Assembly (NCBI GenBank): GCA_047639455.1
Contig: JBLINS010000003.1
Location: 3-64,002 of the forward strand
Length of the DNA: 64,000 nucleotides
Source of the DNA: Candidatus Omnitrophota bacterium
GTDB taxonomy: Bacteria; Omnitrophota; Gorgyraeia; 2-02-FULL-51-18; JAGOUK01
Reading direction: 5' to 3'
In this document: positions 48,758-58,777 of the stretch, piece after piece
Layout of the letters: each line of letters begins with the position of its first letter
Position numbering within the stretch: position 1 is the first letter of the stretch
Notes under the pieces: model-generated
Database searches by the model: none
What the model saw: the letters and a program-made list of their open reading frames with translations, nothing else
What the model was told of the DNA's origin: nothing
Translations under genes and position numbers: made by a program

Positions 48758-49488
48758 AAATCAATAATACATTCAATTCCATAATGGTCTGAAGGGTATA
48801 GTCCATTGTGATTAGGCTTATTCAAGACAATTCTCGAGCTCTCTAATTTCCACTGGTGATTAGCGTGATTCCTGAGTAGAACCAAGTCCACACGTCGATT
48901 AGGGAATTTTGTATGGTGAGATTGAATGAAAGGGTTCACATTATCCCAGCTGGGTTTATTCTCATCTGGTTGACCTACCAAGCTATCCCCATAGTGATTA
49001 TCACGCAAAACAGTTAGCGGTGAACTGGAGTACTCACAATTAAAATCACCACAAGCAATAGCCGGTTTATCGGCAGCCACAATTAATTCATGTAAAGCTT
49101 GAGCTTGCTGTGAACGCGTTTGATCATCTTCAGGCTTCCAAGATAAATGGGTATTGGTTATAGTGAATGGAATAGAGTTGTATTCATATTGAGCGACAAT
49201 GACTTTGCGTGTGTAATTTTCTACTGGTGATCTGAATGTGTAGGGAATTAATTTAACTTTGATAGCTTGTGTTTTGGAGAGCAGACATAAACCGGTTTCA
49301 TCTGGGTCTGATAATTGCATGGTGAGACCTGTTGTTTTAGCTAAATTATCGAGCAAAGATCGGTCAGTGCCCTCTTGCAGACATAGGATATCCGGAGCTA
49401 ATTCAGCTATTTTTTGAGAGGCGAACTCCCAACGTTCGGCAAGCTTTGGCCCATAAATACCCCATATATTAAAGCTAATGATTTTCAT
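48754..49488 (-). CDS. endonuclease/exonuclease/phosphatase (EEP) family hydrolase
   Basis: MKIISFNIWG...DILCLQE start is typical of the EEP fold. Conserved downstream D/H/N residues. Confidence 0.65.
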   Translation of the reverse strand: MKIISFNIWGIYGPKLAERWEFASQKIAELAPDILCLQEGTDRSLLDNLAKTTGLTMQLSDPDETGLCLLSKTQAIKVKLIPYTFRSPVENYTRKVIVAQYEYNSIPFTITNTHLSWKPEDDQTRSQQAQALHELIVAADKPAIACGDFNCEYSSSPLTVLRDNHYGDSLVGQPDENKPSWDNVNPFIQSHHTKFPNRRVDLVLLRNHANHQWKLESSRIVLNKPNHNGLYPSDHYGIECIIDF

Positions 49489-49605
49489 AATATGCCCACT
49501 TTCGCCCTTAAGTCTCGTATCCTAGCATATTCTGTCTAGTCCTTGAAACTACCGTATAATGTTATAATACCCACGTTTGTTCGACTATTATAATTACGCG
49601 TTCAA

Positions 49606-49795
49606 CTGTCATTGCGAGAAGTGTAAAATTGTCACGACCTTCGTCATTGCGAGAAGCGCGTAGCAGCGACGAAGCAATCTCGAGCTAGTCTAAGCTTAGA
49701 TTGCCGCGTCAGCGCCATTAATTTGTTAGCGCTTTCTCGCAATGACGTTGGAGGTGCGTTGTGACACAGTCTGAATGACGAGGTGCTATGACGGT
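49606..49795. repeat. MITE/REP-like elements (gtcattgcgag family)
   Basis: ctgtcattgcgagaagtg...cgtcattgcgagaagcgcgtagcagcgacg...gcaatctcgag / tagattgccgcgtc...ctcgcaatgacg, plus gacacagtctgaatgacga shared with 39980. Confidence 0.8.
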
Positions 49796-49813
49796 GTGTA
49801 ACTAGGGACTTTT

Positions 49814-51460
49814 ATGAATTCTATACCTTTACTTGTATTTAGTTTAGTGGCTTTTGCTTTGGCCTATCGGTTTTATGGGACTTTTTTGGCGCAGACTTTT
49901 GCCCTAGATCCATTGCGCAAGACTCCAGCAATAGAACGTAATGACGGACAGGATTTTGTGCCTGCTAAGAATTGGTGGGTTTTGTTCGGTCATCACTTTT
50001 CGTCTATATGTGGCGCAGGACCGATTGTTGGGCCGGCTTTAGCGTGCGCTTATTGGGGCTGGGGAGTGGCATTGATTTGGCTCATTGTTGGCGGCATATT
50101 CATGGGTGCGGTTTCTGATTTTTCTAGCTTAGTGATTAGTATGCGTTCTAGGGGGGAATCTATTGCGCAGGTCTCAGGCATAGAGATTTCTAAGCGTGTT
50201 CGTTTGATTTTTTCTATATTTTTGTGGATTGCCTTAGTTCTAGTCATAGCCGTTTTTTCTATATTTGGTGCTAAAACATTTATTCAAGAACCTGATGCAA
50301 TTATTCCTTCGATAGGGTTGATTCCAACTGCTATTCTTGTTGGTTGGCTTATGTATCGCACGCGGTTGAATAATGTAATCGGTACGTTGATTGGTCTAGT
50401 TGTGCTTATAGTTTTATTAATTATCGGCACGCAAATAGAGGTGGTTTTGAATGCATATGGCTCCATAACTCCAACACAAATTTGGATAGGCATATTGTTG
50501 ATTTATTGTTTTATAGCCTCTGTCATCCCAGTGCAAGTTTTGTTGCAACCACGCGATTATTTGGCCAGCTTCATTTTATTCGCCGTTATCATTACGGGTA
50601 TAGTGAGCATAATATTTGTGCATCCAAATATGCAGTCACCCGCTTTTATTGCCTGGAAACCCGAGAGCTTTGCTAAAGCTGGGCCCTTATGGCCAATGCT
50701 CTTTGTGACAGTCGCTTGTGGCGCTATATCAGGTTTTCATTCTTTGGTTTCCTCAGGCACAACTTGCAAACAAATAGCTAGTGAAACTCATGCGTGTCGG
50801 ATTGGTTATGGCGGCATGCTTTTGGAATCAATTGTGGGTGTTATGGTATTGATTATGGTTGCCGCAGGGTTGCAAAGAACTGAAGTTATTAGCTTATTAT
50901 CCGAGGGCGGACCAATAAGTGTTTTTAGTCATGGTTATGGAAATATCAGCCAAATCTTTTTGGGAGATTACGGAAGATCATTTGCCGTGCTAGGTCTTAA
51001 CGCATTCATATTAACAACATTAGACTCAGCCACGCGCATCACACGTTATTTGACTACAGAGATATTTGGCATACAGAATAAATATTTAGCAACTGGCATT
51101 GCTGTTATTGCTGCGGGTGCACTTGCGCTGTCGGGTCAGTGGAATATTCTCTGGCCTGTATTTGGTACGTCTAACCAACTCATTGCGGCAATTGCTTTAT
51201 TGATCGCCGCTTGTTGGCTTACGCGCCAGGGTAAAAAAATTAGATTTGTATTTATTCCGGCTTGTTTAATGATGGTGACAACGCTTGGGTCTTTTGCTTA
51301 TTTATTAAAGCAATCTTTGCATATAGGTGAAGCCAAAGGTCCAGAATGGATATTGGTTACTCTGTGCGCAGTATTGATTGTTCTATCAGTTATTATATTC
51401 ACGGATGCATTTGCTGTGCTTCAGGGTAAAAAAATTAGAACGGGCGAACCAATACTATGA
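49814..51460 (+). CDS. cstA: carbon starvation protein A (peptide/pyruvate transporter family)
   Basis: YRFYGTFLAQTF...NDGQDFVPAKNWWVLFGHHFSSICGAGPIVGPALA matches the CstA N-terminus nearly residue for residue. Confidence 0.85.
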   Translation: MNSIPLLVFSLVAFALAYRFYGTFLAQTFALDPLRKTPAIERNDGQDFVPAKNWWVLFGHHFSSICGAGPIVGPALACAYWGWGVALIWLIVGGIFMGAVSDFSSLVISMRSRGESIAQVSGIEISKRVRLIFSIFLWIALVLVIAVFSIFGAKTFIQEPDAIIPSIGLIPTAILVGWLMYRTRLNNVIGTLIGLVVLIVLLIIGTQIEVVLNAYGSITPTQIWIGILLIYCFIASVIPVQVLLQPRDYLASFILFAVIITGIVSIIFVHPNMQSPAFIAWKPESFAKAGPLWPMLFVTVACGAISGFHSLVSSGTTCKQIASETHACRIGYGGMLLESIVGVMVLIMVAAGLQRTEVISLLSEGGPISVFSHGYGNISQIFLGDYGRSFAVLGLNAFILTTLDSATRITRYLTTEIFGIQNKYLATGIAVIAAGALALSGQWNILWPVFGTSNQLIAAIALLIAACWLTRQGKKIRFVFIPACLMMVTTLGSFAYLLKQSLHIGEAKGPEWILVTLCAVLIVLSVIIFTDAFAVLQGKKIRTGEPIL

Positions 51461-52332
51461 GCCAAAATTCAAACATCGTCACCATTGGATTAATTCAAAT
51501 GAGCATGACGACGGATATGCAATCTAATATTGCAAAAGGTGTTGCTTGGGTAGAAAAAGCAGCTCAAGCTGGGGCGAAGATTATTTGTTTACCAGAATTA
51601 TTTTCGACACATTATTTTCCGTGTGAAGAAGAGCAAGCTTCATTTGAATTGGCTGAGCCGATGACTGGGAATGCAGTTCAAGTCATGCAGGAATTGGCTA
51701 AGAAATTGGAAGTTGTGATTATTGTGCCCATATTTGAAAAAAGGGCGTCAGGCCTTTTTCATAATAGTGCCGCAGTCATTGATGCCGATGGAGAGGTGCT
51801 TGGCACTTATAGAAAGATGCATATTCCTGACGATCCTCATTTTTATGAGAAGTATTATTTCACTCCCGGCGACTTAGGCTTTAAGGCATTCAAGACACGT
51901 TATGCCAAAATTGGTGTATTGATTTGTTGGGATCAATGGTATCCAGAGGCCGCTCGTTTAACAGCCTTAGCAGGGGCCGAAATCATTTTTTATCCTACAG
52001 CTATTGGTTGGTTGCCGACAGAGCGTGATGAGCAAGCAGCATTGCAATTGAATGCATGGAAGACTATTCAAGTCTCGCATGCTATAGCTAATGGTGTTTA
52101 TGTGGCTTCTGCTAATCGGGTTGGTCAAGAATCCGTTACCAAATTTTGGGGAAATTCATTTATTACGAATCCCGAAAGTAAGGTTTTGGCGCAAGCTAAT
52201 CAAGACGAAGAAAATATCTTAATTGCCAAATGTGATTTGGAGCGGGTGAATAGTTTTAGGCAAGAATGGCCATTCTTGCGTGATAGGCGCATTGATGCCT
52301 ACGGCGATATTCAATCACGTTTCATAGATTGA
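51457..52332 (+). CDS. aguB: N-carbamoylputrescine amidase (C-N hydrolase/nitrilase superfamily)
   Basis: Nitrilase-fold E-K-C triad context. Immediately upstream of the agmatine deiminase gene. Confidence 0.7.
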   Translation: MSQNSNIVTIGLIQMSMTTDMQSNIAKGVAWVEKAAQAGAKIICLPELFSTHYFPCEEEQASFELAEPMTGNAVQVMQELAKKLEVVIIVPIFEKRASGLFHNSAAVIDADGEVLGTYRKMHIPDDPHFYEKYYFTPGDLGFKAFKTRYAKIGVLICWDQWYPEAARLTALAGAEIIFYPTAIGWLPTERDEQAALQLNAWKTIQVSHAIANGVYVASANRVGQESVTKFWGNSFITNPESKVLAQANQDEENILIAKCDLERVNSFRQEWPFLRDRRIDAYGDIQSRFID

Positions 52333-52351
52333 ATGATGAGGAATTCTTAAA

Positions 52352-53410
52352 ATGTCCCAACAATTAAATACAACACCTAAACAAGCTGGTTTCTTTATGC
52401 CAGCCGAATGGCATACACATTCAGCAACGTGGTTGTCTTGGCCCAATAATGCCACTACATGGACTAAGGACATGTCGATTGTTGAGGCCACGTTTTTAGA
52501 AATAATGCAGTATATCGCTGAATCCGAACAAGTGAATTTATTAGTTGACTCATCAACAGAGCAAGAGCGCATTATGAGTTTAATGAAGCATACGGACATT
52601 AATTTATTGAATATTAATTTTGTACTAGAAAAAACGCATGATATTTGGATTCGTGATTATGGCCCAAATTATTTAATTCGTAGTGATAAAGGCAAAGCTG
52701 CTTTGGCTTATAATGGCTGGATATTCGATGCTTGGGGTAATAAATATGATGATTTGAAAAAAGACGGCGAATTATTAAGTAGGCTCGAAGCGCAACTACC
52801 TATGCATAAATTTAGTCCCGGCATTATTTTGGAAGGTGGTTCTATAGACGTGAATGGGGCAGGAGACTGTCTCACAACTCGACAGTGTTTGCTTAATAAG
52901 AATCGCAATGCTCACTTAAATCAGGCTGAAATAGAAATGTATTTAAAAGATTATTTGGGTCTTGAACGCATTCATTGGTTGAATGAAGGCATAACGGGAG
53001 ATGATACTGATGGGCATATTGATGACATAGCTCGGTTTGTTAATAAAGACACAATTGTTATTGCCCAACCTAATATAGTAGATAAATCTAATCAAAGAAT
53101 TCTTCTGGAGAATAAAGAATTATTAGAATCGGCGAAGGGTGCGAACGGAAAGTGTTTTGAAGTGATTGCATTGCCTGCACCGAGATCAATGCAATTCGAG
53201 GGCTGTGATTTGCCAGCATCGTATGCAAATTTTTATATATGCAACTCATCCGTATTGGTGCCTACATTCAATGACCCAAATGACAAAATAGCCTTGAGTA
53301 TTCTAGACGATATTTTTGTGAATCGTAAGGTAGTAGGAATTGATTGCAGTGTTATGCTTAGGGGCTTAGGAACAATACATTGCGCGTCGCAACAAGTGCC
53401 AATAGTTTAA
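52352..53410 (+). CDS. aguA: agmatine deiminase
   Basis: MPAEWHTHSATWLSWP N-terminus. C-terminal catalytic Cys in GTIHCASQQ. Confidence 0.8.
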   Translation: MSQQLNTTPKQAGFFMPAEWHTHSATWLSWPNNATTWTKDMSIVEATFLEIMQYIAESEQVNLLVDSSTEQERIMSLMKHTDINLLNINFVLEKTHDIWIRDYGPNYLIRSDKGKAALAYNGWIFDAWGNKYDDLKKDGELLSRLEAQLPMHKFSPGIILEGGSIDVNGAGDCLTTRQCLLNKNRNAHLNQAEIEMYLKDYLGLERIHWLNEGITGDDTDGHIDDIARFVNKDTIVIAQPNIVDKSNQRILLENKELLESAKGANGKCFEVIALPAPRSMQFEGCDLPASYANFYICNSSVLVPTFNDPNDKIALSILDDIFVNRKVVGIDCSVMLRGLGTIHCASQQVPIV

Positions 53411-53414
53411 TTAA

Positions 53415-53543
53415 CGTCATCCTGAGGTCCGCGTAGCAAGGGCCGTGAGGATCTCCCAGAAGCCGCGTAGCAGGATCCATGCGTAGCAACGAAAAGCTTT
53501 TTGCTGTGGGATTATTACGTCGCTACGCTCCTCATAATGACGG
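53415..53543. repeat. MITE/REP-like element (gtcatcctgag / ctcataatgac variant)
   Basis: cgtcatcctgaggtccgcgtagcaagggccgtgaggatctcccagaa ... ttgctgtgggattattacgtcgctacgctcctcataatgacgg. Confidence 0.8.
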
Positions 53544-53558
53544 ACAAGAGGGGGTAAT

Positions 53559-53912
53559 ATGACAATAGTATTATATGTTTTGTGCGGTGCTGCGATTGGG
53601 ACTGTGGCTGGAGTAATTGGTATTGGTGGGGGCGCGATGTTGGTGCCTTTGTTTATATATTTGTTCAAAATGGATATTTATCATGCCGTTGGAACATCTT
53701 TGGCCGTCATCGCACCTATTAGCTTAATCGGTGCATTTTCTCATCACCTCAAAGGCAATGTGCAATTGACGCAGATATTGTGGATAGCTTTAGGTGCCGC
53801 ATTAGGTATGTTTTTGAGCGGTCAAATAATTCAATATATCCCAGCGCCTTTTTTGCGCAAAGGTTTTGCCGTTTTTCTGTTATTTGTGGCAGTTAAATTA
53901 TTGATTAAATGA
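53559..53912 (+). CDS. TSUP (TauE/SafE, DUF81) family half-size membrane protein
   Basis: GIGGGAMLVPLFIYLF motif. 4 TM segments, 117 aa (the family is usually about 250 aa as two such repeats). Confidence 0.55.
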   Translation: MTIVLYVLCGAAIGTVAGVIGIGGGAMLVPLFIYLFKMDIYHAVGTSLAVIAPISLIGAFSHHLKGNVQLTQILWIALGAALGMFLSGQIIQYIPAPFLRKGFAVFLLFVAVKLLIK

Positions 53913-54359
53913 TTTGGATTTATTTATTCGGCAGCGATTAAGGGTGGGGTGGTCAGTAATTTATCCAAAACAATTTTGGAGTCAAATGTTTGCGTGTCAG
54001 GCTTTTCTCGAAGTAGCATAACGCGTGTGCCCATGCTAAACATGGGCTCTTGATTATTTTTGCGCGCCACATAATCATTAATCGCCATTGAGCCCAGTAT
54101 AGCCGATAGAAATACAAAAAAGATGAAAGGATAAACGAATTTAGCCATAATTTAAGATATGTAAAGATACTCCTTTAAGCAAAAGCATACCTGCCAATCA
54201 CCCAGATTTCAACCCTCCTCTGAATCGAACCCAATTTTTAAGTAGACTTCGGTTAAAATAGGCTGTTGATTGATTGGTCCAGTGCCTAGCAGAATCTAGC
54301 AATTGATTAAAATTAAAATTAATCATTATTGCCTATTTTTGTGCTAAAATCAGTGTAAT

Positions 54360-54980
54360 ATGTTAAAACAAGTATCAAAAACACAAATTAGTATTGTCAC
54401 GATATTGCTCTTGGTTTTGTCCATTGTTGCCGTGCGTATGGTGGTGGGTGAACCAAGCTCTCCTCAAAATACCAATTATTCTAAGTCCAAAGGCAATCCC
54501 GAAGCTCCCCTCAAAATCATTAAATTCTCTGACTATCAATGCCCCTCATGCGCTAGAGCAACAGATATGATTAGAGAATATATGCAAAAATACCCCAATC
54601 AAATTCATGTGGAGATGAAGTATTTTCCTTTAAAAATGCATACCTTTGGTTTACTTGCGGCACTTTATGCAGAATGTTCACGCAAACAAAATAAGTTTTG
54701 GGGCATGAGTGATTTATTATTCTCCTCACAAGACGTGTGGCGTGAATTAGATAATGCTAAACCTATATTTGATCGCTTGGCTACAGAAATTGGTGTTGAT
54801 CAAGCGGTGTTTGACACTTGTTTAGTAGACACTGAAACACCTAAATTAATTTGGGCTGATCGTCGTGAGGGTGATGCCCTCAAAGTTAGATCCACACCGT
54901 CCTTTTTGGTGAATGACGAATTCGTTGTGGGTGGCAAGGCCCTAAAAAGAAAATTAGAAGAGTATTTTAAAGAGAATTAG
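54360..54980 (+). CDS. DsbA-like thioredoxin-fold thiol:disulfide oxidoreductase
   Basis: N-terminal TM anchor. CPSC active site (DYQCPSCA). Thioredoxin-fold length. Confidence 0.65.
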   Translation: MLKQVSKTQISIVTILLLVLSIVAVRMVVGEPSSPQNTNYSKSKGNPEAPLKIIKFSDYQCPSCARATDMIREYMQKYPNQIHVEMKYFPLKMHTFGLLAALYAECSRKQNKFWGMSDLLFSSQDVWRELDNAKPIFDRLATEIGVDQAVFDTCLVDTETPKLIWADRREGDALKVRSTPSFLVNDEFVVGGKALKRKLEEYFKEN

Positions 54981-54994
54981 ATTCGAAAAGAAGT

Positions 54995-55435
54995 ATGAAT
55001 ATTTATAATGCATTTAGAGTGATTTTGGGCCTTTTATTTTTCATTTCAGGCTTTGAAAAGGTCACTCAGCCATATCAAAATTTTCAATACATTATCGAAG
55101 CTTATGAAATGGTTGAAGGTAATGCCGCTATGCTGGTTGCACGCATATTGCCTTGGGTGGAGTTGATAGCCGGCTTGTTCTTAATGCTCGGATTAAAAAT
55201 CAGACAATCCCTATTCGCCATTCAAGGTATGTTGGTACTCTTCATATTAGTTGTCTTGCAGGCACTTATTCGCAAGCTGGATTTGAGTTCTTGCGGTTGT
55301 TTTGGTGAATCAATTCATATACCTTTATGGGTGATTTATTTAATGGACACATTCTTTTTGGTAGGAACTTATGTATTGCATAAAAAATGGGATAAGACAC
55401 GTCGATATAGCTTTGATGCGTATTTTGCAAAGTAG
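54995..55435 (+). CDS. DoxX/MauE-family membrane protein
   Basis: 4 TM segments. SSCGCFG motif is characteristic of MauE/DoxX partners of periplasmic thiol-disulfide oxidoreductases. Confidence 0.5.
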   Translation: MNIYNAFRVILGLLFFISGFEKVTQPYQNFQYIIEAYEMVEGNAAMLVARILPWVELIAGLFLMLGLKIRQSLFAIQGMLVLFILVVLQALIRKLDLSSCGCFGESIHIPLWVIYLMDTFFLVGTYVLHKKWDKTRRYSFDAYFAK

Positions 55436-55437
55436 AC

Positions 55438-56088
55438 GTGGATAAATATCAATTAATTATTTTTGATTTTGATGGCACATTGGTGGATACGGCACCTGAT
55501 ATTGCTATATGCGCGAATCGAGTCTTAAAGCAATATGGATTTGAAGAAAAGTCATTGGAAGAAATCAAGCCAACTATTAGACGTGGCGTTAATGACTTGA
55601 TTAGAGATTTGATGTTTGGGCCTCAAGGTGGGGAGTTACCAGCGGGGTGTGTGGAAGCTTTTAGAGAAGATTACTTGAAGAATTGTTTGGTTAAGACTGA
55701 GATTTATCCAGGTGTTGTGAATGTCTTGAAGAATGAGTTGGCTAATATTAAAAAGGTGATTGTCACCAATAAGCCACACCACTTAGCTCTGCGCATGGTG
55801 GAGTCTTTAAGACTAAGTCCATTTTTTTTAAACGTGCTTGGGACTGGGCTAGACTTTAAGCTAAAGCCCAATCCAGAAGGAAGTATGCATATTATGCGTG
55901 AGTTAAAAGTAAATGCAAATGAAGTTTTATTAATTGGTGACAGTGATATTGATTGTCAATTGGCAATCAATGCTGGGGTTGATTTTGGTTGGGTAGACTA
56001 TGGTTATGGAGCAAAACCAGAAGGGTCAACTCGTTTTGTTTTTTCTGAAGCAAGTCAATGGGGGATATTAAATAATGGAAATGTTTGA
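55438..56088 (+). CDS. HAD-superfamily phosphatase (phosphoglycolate phosphatase-like)
   Basis: IIFDFDGTLVDT motif I. VTNKP motif II. GDSDID motif IV. Confidence 0.6.
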   Translation: MDKYQLIIFDFDGTLVDTAPDIAICANRVLKQYGFEEKSLEEIKPTIRRGVNDLIRDLMFGPQGGELPAGCVEAFREDYLKNCLVKTEIYPGVVNVLKNELANIKKVIVTNKPHHLALRMVESLRLSPFFLNVLGTGLDFKLKPNPEGSMHIMRELKVNANEVLLIGDSDIDCQLAINAGVDFGWVDYGYGAKPEGSTRFVFSEASQWGILNNGNV

Positions 56089-57937
56089 TGCTAAGCATAT
56101 GTCAGCAGGAAAAAAAGCAGCTATGGATGTTGCTGAATCGGCACGTGAGGCTGAATGGACTCAACCCAGTTTTGTGGCTAGCTTGTTTAAAGGTAAATTT
56201 GATTGGGGTTTAGTTCACCCATACCCCACTCAAACAGCAGAAGACAAAAAAATAGGCGATGAATTCTGTGCCAAGATTGAGACTATGCTCAAAGCAAAGT
56301 TAAATGCCGATGAAGTCGATCGCACAGGCATTATCCCTGAAGAAGTTTATCAAGGCCTAGCCGAATTAGGCTGCTTTGCTATCAAAATCCCTAAAGAATA
56401 TGATGGTTTAGGCATGACACAGGTTAATTATAATCGCGCCGTGGGGCTTGTAGCTAGTCATTGTGGTTCTACTGCCGTGATGTTGTCTGCACATCAATCC
56501 ATAGGTGTGCCGCAACCCCTCAAAATGTTTGGTACCGAAGAACAGAAGAAAAAGTATTTACCACGTTTCAAAAACAAGTATATCTCAGCATTTGCATTAA
56601 CTGAGCCTGATGTGGGTTCTGATCCTGCCAAAATGTCGACTAAGGCTGACCCAATAGATGATGGTGCTAATTTTGTTATTAATGGAACTAAACTATGGTG
56701 CACTAATGGCGCGATAGCCGATATATTCATTGTTATGGCTCAAACCCCACGTAAAATGATTAAGGGTAAAGAAAGACAACAAATCACAGCTTTCATTGTT
56801 GAGAAAGATATGCCAGGTGTGGAAGTTCTGCATCGTTGTAGCTTTATGGGCTTGAACGGCATACAAAATGCTTTGATCAAGTTCACGGACGTCAAAGTGC
56901 CTAAAGAGAATATAGTCTTAGGAGAAGGTAAGGGCTTGAGACTTGCGCTAACTACTTTGAATACAGGTAGACTTACCGTTCCGGCTGCCACATCCGCCAT
57001 GGCTAAGTATTGTTTGAACGTCGTGCGTGAATGGTCTAGAGAACGCGTTCAATGGGGTGCCGCTATTGGCAAACATGAAGCTGTTGCGAATAAAATAGCT
57101 TCTATGGCAGCACATACATTTGCCATGGAAAGTGTGACTTGGCTAGTTTCTCATATGGCTGATCAGGGTAAGACAGATATGCGCTTAGAAGCGGCTATGT
57201 CCAAATTATTTTGTACAGAAATCTCTTGGCGCATAGCCGACGATACTGTGCAAATACGTGGTGGAAGAGGCTATGAAACCGCTGATTCTTTAAGAGCTAG
57301 AGGTGAGAGGGCCATTCCGGCCGAAAGAATTATGCGTGATACACGTATTAACTTAATCATTGAAGGCACAACCGATATTATGCATTTATTCATCGCCCGC
57401 GAAGCTATGGATTGGCATCTTAAATTAGCCATGGGACTATTCGCCCCAGGTAGTATCTTTTCCAAAATCCCATACTTTCTTAAGGCCACATCGGTTTATG
57501 CCTTATGGTATCCAAAATTATGGTTCATCCCCAACTCCATCAGCATGGACGGCGTGCCGCCGAAACTTAAAGGTCATTTAAGAGCTGTTGAACGTTTGGG
57601 CCGCAAAATGTCACGCGACATGTTCCATCTCATGGCCATAAACGGACCTAAGCTTGAACAAAAACAAAAGTCTTTAGCGCGCATAGTTAATATTGGAACG
57701 GATCTATTCGCTATGGCTGCCAGCATTGCGCAAGCAGCACAATTAGCCAAAGACGTCCCAGCCGCAGCTAATGCTGTCGATTTATGTGATTTGTTCTGCC
57801 AATATGCTCGTAAACGCATTAAAGGCGAATTCAAGGATTTGTTCTGCAATAATGACACCAAAGCTTACAATGTTAGCCGTGATGTCTTTGACGGCAAATT
57901 CACATGGCTCGAAAATGGAGTCATGAAGCCAGAATAA
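56075..57937 (+). CDS. long-form acyl-CoA dehydrogenase
   Basis: ACAD signature AFALTEPDVGSDPA. C-terminal IRGGRGYE block. 620 aa with a C-terminal extension. Confidence 0.75.
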   Translation: MEMFDAKHMSAGKKAAMDVAESAREAEWTQPSFVASLFKGKFDWGLVHPYPTQTAEDKKIGDEFCAKIETMLKAKLNADEVDRTGIIPEEVYQGLAELGCFAIKIPKEYDGLGMTQVNYNRAVGLVASHCGSTAVMLSAHQSIGVPQPLKMFGTEEQKKKYLPRFKNKYISAFALTEPDVGSDPAKMSTKADPIDDGANFVINGTKLWCTNGAIADIFIVMAQTPRKMIKGKERQQITAFIVEKDMPGVEVLHRCSFMGLNGIQNALIKFTDVKVPKENIVLGEGKGLRLALTTLNTGRLTVPAATSAMAKYCLNVVREWSRERVQWGAAIGKHEAVANKIASMAAHTFAMESVTWLVSHMADQGKTDMRLEAAMSKLFCTEISWRIADDTVQIRGGRGYETADSLRARGERAIPAERIMRDTRINLIIEGTTDIMHLFIAREAMDWHLKLAMGLFAPGSIFSKIPYFLKATSVYALWYPKLWFIPNSISMDGVPPKLKGHLRAVERLGRKMSRDMFHLMAINGPKLEQKQKSLARIVNIGTDLFAMAASIAQAAQLAKDVPAAANAVDLCDLFCQYARKRIKGEFKDLFCNNDTKAYNVSRDVFDGKFTWLENGVMKPE

Positions 57938-57945
57938 CTTTTACC

Positions 57946-58150
57946 GCGTCATTACGAGGAGTACGTAGCTGCGACGTGGCAATCTAAGATCAACACGATA
58001 CAAATTTATTAATATGCGAGACCCAGCGCCTAATTAAACTCCAGATTGCCGTGTTGCTGTGACGGTGCGAGCCTCAACGCGAGACACCTAATGTCGGTGT
58101 AACTAGAGTGTAACCGACCTACGCGCAACTCGCAATGACGTTGATTTTGT
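57946..58150. repeat. MITE/REP-like element with an embedded 64-nt structured sub-element
   Basis: cgcgtcattacgaggagtacgtagctgcgacgtggcaatctaag ... sub-element 58059-58119 ... ctcgcaatgacg. Confidence 0.8.
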
Positions 58151-58240
58151 GCACATTTTCCTCTCGCCGACTTGTCGATTGACACTTTGACTGGTATCGG
58201 TTATGGTTTTATGCAGGTAATAGGCTGATTAATAAATATA

Positions 58241-58777
58241 TTGTCCAAAATTGATTCCAGACCCCATAAGAAACGCAAGCTCGTCTTTGAAGGCCGCAGA
58301 TTAACTGTTTATCGTGATACGGTACCCATTTGCGGCAAGGATAGAATTCGTGATTGGATAGCCAGACCTAAGGTTTCGGCCATGGTTGTGGTGACGCCTA
58401 AGAACAAAATCGTTTTAGTGCGTCAATATCGACATGGTGCTAATGCCTATTTGTGGGAAATACCCGCAGGCACAGTTGACCAAGGTGAGTTACCGCGTGT
58501 TTGTGCTAAGCGCGAGACCGAAGAAGAAACAGGCTATAAACCCAAAAAATTAACAAGTTTGGGAACATTTATTGTGATGCCTGCGGAATCGAATGGCAAA
58601 GTCTACCTATATATAGCAATTGATTTAATTAAAACTAAGCCAAATCCGGATAGTGATGAAGAGTTGGAAATCCGGGAATTTAATCAGACTGAAATTAAAC
58701 GTATGTTAAAACAAGGAAAAATAAGCGATGCCAAATCCATCATCGGACTCTACCGATATTTCGAAAAAAGATCTTAG
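58241..58777 (+). CDS. NUDIX hydrolase (ADP-ribose pyrophosphatase-like)
   Basis: NUDIX box GELPRVCAKRETEEETGY. Confidence 0.75.
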   Translation: MSKIDSRPHKKRKLVFEGRRLTVYRDTVPICGKDRIRDWIARPKVSAMVVVTPKNKIVLVRQYRHGANAYLWEIPAGTVDQGELPRVCAKRETEEETGYKPKKLTSLGTFIVMPAESNGKVYLYIAIDLIKTKPNPDSDEELEIREFNQTEIKRMLKQGKISDAKSIIGLYRYFEKRS

